DNA of 64,000 nt. Source: Candidatus Latescibacterota bacterium (GTDB lineage Bacteria; Latescibacterota; UBA2968; UBA8231). The notes under the pieces are model-generated. The model ran no database searches and was not told where the DNA came from. It saw nothing but the letters and a program-made list of their open reading frames with translations. The position numbers were made by a program, and so were the translations under genes. Shown here piece by piece: positions 48,319 to 56,141 of this stretch. Where the stretch lies: NCBI GenBank assembly GCA_965242865.1, contig CBDETK010000013.1, forward strand, positions 1,312,001-1,376,000. Reading direction: 5' to 3'. Positions within the stretch are counted from its first letter, which is position 1, and each line of letters opens with the position of its first letter.

Positions 48319-48627
48319 ATGGCTGACTTATTCCGTTCATTGATCTGGGTCCTCCCTCTATGGGCTGGTTTTACGGCCGGACCGGCCGCCGGATTGGTCA
48401 TATACCGATTGGGCGGCGCGGCCCTAGAGCCACCTTTAGAAGCGGATCGCGCAGGAGTGGAATTCATCCAGTTGGACTAGACGGTGCTCGACCCTTCCCT
48501 CGGCGGAAAAGCCATTGATTTGGATATAGACCCCGCCGCGATCCGGCCTCCCAAACTGTACCAAGTCGCCGTCGAAGCCAACCACCAAGCGATCGAGGCG
48601 ATAAAACCAATACAGGTCGCCTATTAA
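48319..48627 (+). pseudogene. Internally deleted paralogue of the 58745-60649 gene
   Basis: AAGLVIYRLGGAALEPP...VEFIQLD*TVLDPSLGGKAIDLDID...LYQVAVEANHQAIEAIKPIQVAY*; TAG at 48478-48480. Confidence 0.85.
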
Positions 48628-48636
48628 GGGGACCCT

Positions 48637-48861
48637 TCTAAGTACGCGACCCTTGCTTTGCGAACGCATTTTCTGCCGTTCCCACTGCGTCTGGGATCGA
48701 GGGCGTCCCGCCCTCGACGAGGCAGCAATCCTACATCATTCAAGCTGGATTCCCGCCCCGTGTCGGAGCACGGGGTGACGTTCTGTTGTGGGAATGACGC
48801 CCCTATGCAAAAAACAGGGCCGATGAACATACCATGCTTTCAAGTCATTTAGGACCGCTAT
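48637..48861 (-). repeat. Composite repeat: family 2 half plus family 1 copy C
   Basis: ctaagtacgcgac...gggatcgagggcgtcccgccctcg...ctggattcccgccccgtgtcggagcacgggg...gggaatgac...gtcatttaggaccgctat. Confidence 0.85.
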
Positions 48862-48880
48862 GTCCCGCGGATCCGGGCTC

Positions 48881-50914
48881 TTAAAACTCTTCAGGCGATG
48901 TCCCCTCCCGACGTAGCCGCTCGGCGGTTTCAAAGGCGGTCTGGGCCAATTCTCGTCGCCCGGTGTGCATATAGAGCATGCCTAGATTGTAGTGGGCAAC
49001 GGCCACATCGGGTTCGAGCTGCAGGGCTTGGCGCAACGCCTCTTCGGCGCGGGATAGCTCGCCGCGCCGCAGGTACAAGGCACCAAGGTTGCGGTAGGCC
49101 GCGGCAAATTCCGGAGCTATCTCTATGGTCTGTCGCAAGTGCCGGATCTGCTCGGCCTCGGCCCCTAGATGGTGGCAGGCATTAGCCAAGGCGTAGAACC
49201 CTTCGGCTCGTTGCTCCGCTTCTAGTGCTGTGGAGAACGCACCATAAGCCCGCAGATAGTCCCGCTGGTCTAGGTGGAGATACCCTAGGTAGTAATGACC
49301 CTCGTATTGAATGGCGGGACGCGGGTCGTTGGCGAGTGCCGTCAAGAGGAGGGACCGGGCTTCCGCGAAGCGCTGCTCCCCGCGGAGCAGATTGCCCAGA
49401 TTGAGCCGAGCCCGGGTGTGATCTGCGGCCAGAGCAAGGGCTTGGCGATACGCCGTCTCCGCTTCACGAGGCCGCCTCTGCGCCTCGTAAACCGCGCCCA
49501 GACTGCCATAGACATCTGCATCGTCAGGGACGACTTGAAGGGCTTGCAAATAGGCCGCCTCAGCGTCGGCGTATGCTTGGTTGCGTGTATGGGCCTGCCC
49601 ATAGAGCCAAGCCGAGCGCAGATGATCCACCTGTGCGGGGTCAATTCCGGTGTGTCCCAGTGCCAACGCCGCCCCCAGCACCAGCACCAAAGCCGCACTG
49701 CGCCTCCACTGGTGCCCCTTTAGACTGAGCACCCCTTGACGGATCGCTTCGGCGGCGAAAATCATCAGAAAAGGCACCGCGGGAAGTCGATAGCGGGCGC
49801 ATACCGTGAAGAGCAGGCCCGCGACCAAGTAGGATAGGCCAAAACCGTAGAGCAAGCCGTACTGACGCCAGCGGCGTCCGTTCCACGCTAGGCCCACTAA
49901 GGCTAGGGACGCGACCATGCCAAAACCGAAAACATTCAGGCGACTCAGGTGGGAATGGGTCTCGTAAAAGTGGATGTCAACGCTCACTGGAATTTCAAAG
50001 GCGTGCCAAAACAGTCTGAATTTGCGGTAGAGCAGGTAGAGATAGGAACGCGGTTGATCGACAATGAAGCCGAGGCCCTCAATCAGATAGAACCGGCCTC
50101 GGTCGGCTGGCGATGCGGCCATCCCGGCTTGGTAGGGCACTATTTCGAGGCGTTGCCAGTCCAGCCCTTGGCGGGCATACGGAGTGCCGTCGGCTGCTGG
50201 GTTGTTGCCCAGGTAAAAGCTCCAAGCCCCTTGGAAGGGGAGCGGCGTACCTTGGACGAGGCTGTTGTGGACCAAGAAGGGCGTCAGGATGGCACAAAGC
50301 CCCAAGCAGAAGGACACCATCAATCTGTACCGAGTCCGATGGTAGAGCCACCACAGGGCCACCGGCACCAGCAGCAGGGTATTGCTGCGCGTCGCCACTA
50401 GCAGGCCCAGTAGCACTCCGGCCCCGGCGGCCGCCCCAGAGCTAGACTGATCGGTGCAGCGCACCAGTTGGACGACCAAAAGCAGCTCGATAAAGATGGT
50501 CAGGGTGGTGGCCAGCAGTTCGCCATTGTAGAGGATAAAGGGCCAGTATCCAACGGCCATCAGGCCGGTTAGCAAGGGCGTCGGAGCGGGGAAAAAGCGC
50601 CGAGCAATAGCGTAGAGGAGGACGCAGGAGAAAGCCCCGAGGACAGCTTGGAATAAGCGCGTGGCCCCGAGGCCGGCCCCGCCCAGTTTGAGCAGGGCCA
50701 ACAGCACTGGATAGAGGGGACCGTGGACGTAAGTGCGCTGAGTCGCGGTCCACCAGTCGCCATTGAGCAGGGCCTGCGCCAAATAATAGTACTCCTCGGC
50801 GTCGAGGAGCAGGGTGTGAAAGTAGAGTGTATCGCGGATTTCTGCTAGGTACGCCAAGCGCAGAATCAGGGCCGAGAGGAACAGGGCGACGGCATGGCGC
50901 TTGTTTATGTACAT
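48881..50914 (-). CDS. GT-C (PMT/ArnT-like) membrane glycosyltransferase with C-terminal TPRs
   Basis: ILRL...LLDAEEY...GPLYP; FYLGNNPAADG; ARYRLP; multiple TPRs (AHYNLG). Confidence 0.8.
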   Translation of the reverse strand: MYINKRHAVALFLSALILRLAYLAEIRDTLYFHTLLLDAEEYYYLAQALLNGDWWTATQRTYVHGPLYPVLLALLKLGGAGLGATRLFQAVLGAFSCVLLYAIARRFFPAPTPLLTGLMAVGYWPFILYNGELLATTLTIFIELLLVVQLVRCTDQSSSGAAAGAGVLLGLLVATRSNTLLLVPVALWWLYHRTRYRLMVSFCLGLCAILTPFLVHNSLVQGTPLPFQGAWSFYLGNNPAADGTPYARQGLDWQRLEIVPYQAGMAASPADRGRFYLIEGLGFIVDQPRSYLYLLYRKFRLFWHAFEIPVSVDIHFYETHSHLSRLNVFGFGMVASLALVGLAWNGRRWRQYGLLYGFGLSYLVAGLLFTVCARYRLPAVPFLMIFAAEAIRQGVLSLKGHQWRRSAALVLVLGAALALGHTGIDPAQVDHLRSAWLYGQAHTRNQAYADAEAAYLQALQVVPDDADVYGSLGAVYEAQRRPREAETAYRQALALAADHTRARLNLGNLLRGEQRFAEARSLLLTALANDPRPAIQYEGHYYLGYLHLDQRDYLRAYGAFSTALEAEQRAEGFYALANACHHLGAEAEQIRHLRQTIEIAPEFAAAYRNLGALYLRRGELSRAEEALRQALQLEPDVAVAHYNLGMLYMHTGRRELAQTAFETAERLRREGTSPEEF

Positions 50915-51027
50915 GGGCAAGTGCCAGTCTTTCGACAACGGCAAAAAAGTTAGCTTTATTGGGGATTGATTTTACCTCTAAAACAATACCTTAATATGCG
51001 GCCCTAGCGGCGTTGGAGGAAAACGGT

Positions 51028-52773
51028 GTGAAAGACTTGAGAAGCAGTACCCGCCTTGTATCCACCGCGACGCGATGGGGGATCGGGGCGGCCCTGCCCC
51101 TGCTGGCGATGGGGGGGACTGGGTGTGCCCAGCAAGAGGAAGAAGTCGCCCAGCCGGAGGTCGCGCTCGTCGCCCCTCCCGATTCGACCGCCCAAGGGGA
51201 ACTGGAACTGGCCCGGGTGGGCGACCGCTCCATCACCGCTGGCCAACTGCGGACGTTCTACGGCAAAATCCCCCAGTACCTCCAAAGCGACCGGGAAGGG
51301 CTGGAGAAAGAGCGCGACCATTTGCAGACGCTCATCGATATGGAGTTGCTGCAAATGGAGGCCAAAGCGCGGGGGATCGATCGCCTGCCGGTCTTCATTA
51401 CTAAGATGGCCCAGTACCGGAAGGAAAGGCTCATTGGCCTCTACCAGACCCAAAAGATCAGGGTGCGCGTCTCGGGGCAGGAGGTCCGCGATTACTTTCA
51501 AGCGCGAGGGTTGGCGCGCAAAGTCCGCTTTGCCCAACTCATCGCCGCCAGCCAAGACAGCGCGTGGTCTGCCCGGCGCGCGATCGCGGCGGGGCGAGAC
51601 TTTGGTGAAGTGGCCGAGCAGTGGTCCATCCACGGGCCGACGCTGGAGCAACAGAGGGCCAGCGAGCGGTTTGTCGGCAAGCTCGATATGCCACCCTATC
51701 TGCGGCCGCCCCTCTTCGCACTTGCAACCGGGGAAGTGAGCCAGCCCATAGACATCGGGGGGCATTTCGCCCTTTTCAAAGCCTTGGAGTCCGTGGAAAC
51801 CGGGCTGGACGACGAGCAATTCCAAACGATCTACCGACAGCTCTTCATCGAGCGCAGCGTCGCGTCGCGGGCGGCCTTGGCCGACAGCCTCAAAGAAGCC
51901 TTCAAACTCGAACGGGACCAGCGGGGGTTGGACGCTTTTGTGGCAGCCATGCACAGGGGGGCCTCCTCCGACGATAAACAGGTGCGGGCCCTTGTTCTCT
52001 ACCGCTATGCAGGAGGAACCATCGCGGCCGGGGATGTACTCGATGCCGCCAGTCAACTCAAGTACAAAACGCTGGACTTGCGCCGCAAGGAGGCCGTCAC
52101 CGAGTACGCCGAAAGCACCTTGGTGCCCGATGCGCTCTTTGTCGAGGCCGCCCTGCGGGAGGGCTTAGACCGGAGCGGGGAAGTGACGCAATGGCTGGCG
52201 AGGAAGCGGAACCGGGAATTGGTCGTGCAGTTGCGCGTCTCTGTGTTGCAGGAGCGCGTCAGCATTTTTGAAGAGGATATCCGCCGGGAGTACGAAGAAA
52301 ATCCCGACCGCTACATGCAGCCCGACCAAATTGAGATCCAAGAAATCCTCGTCGCCACGGAAGCGGAGGCCGAGGACTTGCTCCAGCGCCTCCGGCAGGG
52401 AGCGTCCATGGGGGACTTGGCTCGCCAGCACTCCCAACGCTTGCCCGCCCTGCGGGACGAGGAGGGCCGCCGCCGGTTCACGGTTGCGGCCGCCGCAGTG
52501 TACGGACGCTTGGTCGCCGCGGCCCGAAAGGCCCCGGTAGGCGAGTTGATCGGGCCGCTACAGGTGCGCGAGGGGTACTCCGTTTTCAAGGTGTTGTCCC
52601 GCGAGCAGCAGCGGGCCTCCTTTGCACAAGCCAAAAAGCGGGTGCGGGCCACAGTCAATTGGCTCGAGAAACAGCAGGTGTTCGAGCAATTCTTGGCCGA
52701 ACTGCGGGCTAAGTACGCGGCGCAAGTCGAGGTCCGGGAGGACAATCTGCAACGCGCTCTCACCAGCGGCTGA
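51028..52773 (+). CDS. Parvulin-type peptidyl-prolyl isomerase lipoprotein (two rotamase modules)
   Basis: GTGC lipobox-like; ELARVGDRSIT; GRDFGEVAEQWS...GEVSQPI; IQEILVATEAEA...GDLARQHS...GYSVFKV. Confidence 0.82.
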   Translation: MKDLRSSTRLVSTATRWGIGAALPLLAMGGTGCAQQEEEVAQPEVALVAPPDSTAQGELELARVGDRSITAGQLRTFYGKIPQYLQSDREGLEKERDHLQTLIDMELLQMEAKARGIDRLPVFITKMAQYRKERLIGLYQTQKIRVRVSGQEVRDYFQARGLARKVRFAQLIAASQDSAWSARRAIAAGRDFGEVAEQWSIHGPTLEQQRASERFVGKLDMPPYLRPPLFALATGEVSQPIDIGGHFALFKALESVETGLDDEQFQTIYRQLFIERSVASRAALADSLKEAFKLERDQRGLDAFVAAMHRGASSDDKQVRALVLYRYAGGTIAAGDVLDAASQLKYKTLDLRRKEAVTEYAESTLVPDALFVEAALREGLDRSGEVTQWLARKRNRELVVQLRVSVLQERVSIFEEDIRREYEENPDRYMQPDQIEIQEILVATEAEAEDLLQRLRQGASMGDLARQHSQRLPALRDEEGRRRFTVAAAAVYGRLVAAARKAPVGELIGPLQVREGYSVFKVLSREQQRASFAQAKKRVRATVNWLEKQQVFEQFLAELRAKYAAQVEVREDNLQRALTSG

Positions 52774-52801
52774 GCAGTCCGATTGCGAGCGCAGATTCAA
52801 C

Positions 52802-54964
52802 GTGTCCCACAACGCAGAGCAGGCCCCCAAACGCAGCCTATTCCGCTGGGGTACGGGTGCTATCTTGGCCCTAGCACTGGCGTTGCGCTGGCCCGTGCCC
52901 GCCCCGGCTTGGACCCATTTCGACGAGCTCGCCTTCATCGTCCTGCCACTCGGTTTCTGGAGCGGCGATCTCAATCCCCACTATTTCAATTACCCCACTT
53001 TTCACTTCTACCTTAGTTCACTGCTGTACCTGCTCTACTACCTTTTGACGAGTGCTGAATCAGTGGACCAGTTCGTGGCCTATCGCTTGCTGGTAGATGG
53101 CCGCGACTTGCTGCCGTTAGTGCGCGGGGTCAACGCACTGATGGCCGTTGCCACAGTAGGGGCTGTCGCCTGTTTAGGCCGGCGTCTCTACGGCGTCAGC
53201 GAAGGACTCTTGGCCGCCCTAATTTTGGCGGTCGCGCCGCTAGCCGTGCGGTTTGCCCATCTGGCCACCACGGATACGCCGGCTGTTTTCTGGGCGGTAA
53301 TGGCCCTGTTGTGGGCCGTGCGCGCCCGGCAGGAGGGGTGCGTAGGGGATTTTCTGGCGGCGGGTATTTTTATGGGTTTGGCCGGGGCGACCAAGTACCC
53401 GGCGGTCCTAGTGGCGGTGCCAGTGGTCACGGCGATCTGGCTGGGTCGTCCTTGGCCGCGGCCGCGCAGCCTCTGGGTCGTCGGTGGGGCCGCGCTCAGT
53501 TTTGCCTTAGCCACGCCCTTTGTCTGGATCGACGCCGGGCAGTTTTGGGAGCATTTCGCCGATATGGGGCAGACCCATCTGCTGGCCGAGTCAAGGGCCG
53601 AGGAACGGGCTTGGCTCTACCACCTGCGCTATACCCTGCGCCACGGTCTGGGCGCGGTGGCGGCCGGGGCCGCAACTCTGTCCCTGCTCTGGGGCATTGG
53701 CCGGCGGCAATGGCAGGAACTCGTCTTGCTGGCCGGCATCGTCCCCTTGGCCGCAGTTCTCGCCCTTGCGGGGTCCACTTTCATGCGCTATGCCCTGCCC
53801 CTCGCGCCCCTGCTGGCCCTGCTCATCGGCCGCCTAGTCGGGATGGGGTGCAGGTATCCTTTGATGGGGGGCTTAGTCGTCCTGACTCTGGTAGCCGAGC
53901 CCCTGTACGCCTCGCTTCGCACTCGATCCCTACTCAGCGGCCCAGATACCCGCATTGAGGCGCGGGCTTGGCTCCAGACCCACCTTCCCCAGCACTATCG
54001 CCTGCTCCAATGGCCCGCGGAGTGCGGCCGGATCGAGGTGCTGACCCCTGAACGCGTACAGGTGCGGCAGACTCACTACCTCCACAGCTACGGCCGCGAA
54101 GCGTTGCTACAGGCGTACAGACTGCTGGCCCAGCGCGATGATCTGCCGCCCCTGTACCTAGAGATCAAGGCGGCGAGAGTAACGGCGACATCCCAAGACA
54201 GTGCGAGTGTCCCGGCCGTGGTCATCCACTATCAGCATCCAGTGTGCCGCGACGAGGAGATACCGCCCGACTTCCAAGCCCTTCTAGCGAAGAGCCAAGG
54301 ACAGAAAGTCTTTTCGCCAGGCCGGGTGGAAGCGGCTATTTTCGACCGAATGGACTGGTATTTTTTGCCGATTGCGGGATTTGACCGCGTAGAAAAGACC
54401 GGGCCTGTCGTCCGGCTGGGCACGCTCTCTGTGGGGGGCGACCCGGTGCGGATAGAGACCCGTTCTTACTTTGAGGCCCTGCACTCGGTTTTGCGCGGCC
54501 ACCAAGCTCGGGCCGAAAAGAATTGGATGGGGGCCTTGCAGGCGTACCACCGGGTTTTGGCAATCGTGCCCGTTCCCGAAGAGCTCGTCGGCCTCGCAAT
54601 GGGACGCTATCTCTACGCCCAGCTGGGGCGAACATATACTCAAGTAGGCCAATTGGACCAAGCCGTGCGCTTTTTGGAGCGAGCTATAGCTATCGATCTA
54701 AAGCCGGCGTACCGAGAAACGCACAACGAACTCGGGGTGGCGTACGCCTCCTTGGGAGATCTGGAAAAAGCCGTGGAAACGTGGGAAGAGCTAGTCGCGT
54801 TGCAGCCAGATTTTGCCCCGGCGTACTTTAATCTAGGCCGGGCTTTGTGGCGTTTGGAACGACGTCAGCAGGCCCGTGCGTACTGGCGGAAGGGGGTGGA
54901 GTTGATGCCCAATCATCCAGCGGCGGGCCGAATACAGCCGTTGGAGTTGGAGGAAGGAGACTGA
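52802..54964 (+). CDS. GT-C (ArnT/PMT-like) glycosyltransferase with C-terminal TPRs
   Basis: LRW...HFDE...DLNPHYFNYPTF; TKYP; FMRYALP; TPRs (AYFNLG). Confidence 0.8.
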   Translation: MSHNAEQAPKRSLFRWGTGAILALALALRWPVPAPAWTHFDELAFIVLPLGFWSGDLNPHYFNYPTFHFYLSSLLYLLYYLLTSAESVDQFVAYRLLVDGRDLLPLVRGVNALMAVATVGAVACLGRRLYGVSEGLLAALILAVAPLAVRFAHLATTDTPAVFWAVMALLWAVRARQEGCVGDFLAAGIFMGLAGATKYPAVLVAVPVVTAIWLGRPWPRPRSLWVVGGAALSFALATPFVWIDAGQFWEHFADMGQTHLLAESRAEERAWLYHLRYTLRHGLGAVAAGAATLSLLWGIGRRQWQELVLLAGIVPLAAVLALAGSTFMRYALPLAPLLALLIGRLVGMGCRYPLMGGLVVLTLVAEPLYASLRTRSLLSGPDTRIEARAWLQTHLPQHYRLLQWPAECGRIEVLTPERVQVRQTHYLHSYGREALLQAYRLLAQRDDLPPLYLEIKAARVTATSQDSASVPAVVIHYQHPVCRDEEIPPDFQALLAKSQGQKVFSPGRVEAAIFDRMDWYFLPIAGFDRVEKTGPVVRLGTLSVGGDPVRIETRSYFEALHSVLRGHQARAEKNWMGALQAYHRVLAIVPVPEELVGLAMGRYLYAQLGRTYTQVGQLDQAVRFLERAIAIDLKPAYRETHNELGVAYASLGDLEKAVETWEELVALQPDFAPAYFNLGRALWRLERRQQARAYWRKGVELMPNHPAAGRIQPLELEEGD

Positions 54965-55116
54965 GATTTTTCTTTGTACTTAGACTGTTTGCTCTTATAT
55001 TACCGCCGGCCAAGGGAAAGGAGGTTTTACCAGTAACTTGGCACTGTCCATGCAATGCAAGTGAGTAGATAGCTGAATCAGCTCCTCAATACAATACCTA
55101 ACAGGAGGTTAAGGTA

Positions 55117-56049
55117 ATGAAACTGATTCGTTGCTTTTTGGCTTTGGCACTTATCGTCGCCTTCGCTAATATCGGCTCGGCTCACGAACCGCCCGGCGAA
55201 GTGTACTTCGCCTTTCAGTTCCCCCTGCACGCCGTGCCCACCATCGACGGCGATCTAAGCGACTGGGACATGTTAGACCCAGAAGTCTTTGAGATCTCGG
55301 TGGAACGCGGCCATATCCAAGAGACTGTGCGCGGGGATGACAGCGGTGAGCTGTCGGATTTCAACGCTCGGAGCATGTGGGCTTGGAACGAGGAAATGAA
55401 CCGGGTTTTCTCCTTTGCCTTTGTGGTTGACGATCACCTCGACAACGACCGCGACGACCCCACCATCTTCAATTGGGATGACGACTGGCACTTCGTGCTC
55501 GACGCCGATCACAGCGGCGGCGATATGTTCACCGACGATTGGAACCAGTTGGACGATGCCGATCGCCGGGCTGTGATGTTCGTCACGGGTCAGCTATGGC
55601 AGATCCACGTGCCGCCCATCGACGGGTACTGGGCCTTCAAGTACATTGAGGCGACCGACTGGGAGACCACGGGCCGCGAGCTACCCTTCCCCGAGTTCTC
55701 GCAGGTAGGCTGGGCCCGCACCGGCGAGACAGGTGGCCCAGGGACTTATACCTACGAGATCATGATGACTCCGTGGGAAACTTGGAGTTGGGATGGTCCT
55801 GAGCAAAGCACAATCGTCGACTTGGAAGTAGGCAATATCATCCACGTCGGCTCCCTGTCCAAGGACTATGACACCAATCCCGACCGCTACGAGGGAGGCT
55901 ACGATTTTCCAGCTATTCACAATGTCTGGCGCAATGCCAATCTCATGGCCGACATGGAGTTGCTGGAGGTCGATGACTCCCTGTTTCCCACCTCTGTAGA
56001 AAACGACTCGTGGGGCCGGATTAAGTCCCACTATCTGCTGGAAGAGTAA
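55117..56049 (+). CDS. Secreted CBM9/DOMON-like protein with a C-terminal SVExxSWGRIK motif
   Basis: Signal peptide; VPTIDGDLSDW; acidic; ends PTSVENDSWGRIKSHY. Confidence 0.7.
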   Translation: MKLIRCFLALALIVAFANIGSAHEPPGEVYFAFQFPLHAVPTIDGDLSDWDMLDPEVFEISVERGHIQETVRGDDSGELSDFNARSMWAWNEEMNRVFSFAFVVDDHLDNDRDDPTIFNWDDDWHFVLDADHSGGDMFTDDWNQLDDADRRAVMFVTGQLWQIHVPPIDGYWAFKYIEATDWETTGRELPFPEFSQVGWARTGETGGPGTYTYEIMMTPWETWSWDGPEQSTIVDLEVGNIIHVGSLSKDYDTNPDRYEGGYDFPAIHNVWRNANLMADMELLEVDDSLFPTSVENDSWGRIKSHYLLEE

Positions 56050-56066
56050 TTCCAGTTTCTCGAGCG

Positions 56067-56098
56067 CAAAAAGGGGATATTTCCATATCCCCTTTTTG
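56067..56098 (+). terminator. Intrinsic terminator
   Basis: caaaaaggggatat-ttcc-atatcccctttttg. Confidence 0.85.
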
Positions 56099-56141
56099 TG
56101 TTTTAGCCATCTAAAAGCGGTTTCATCCCCTGGGGGCCATC

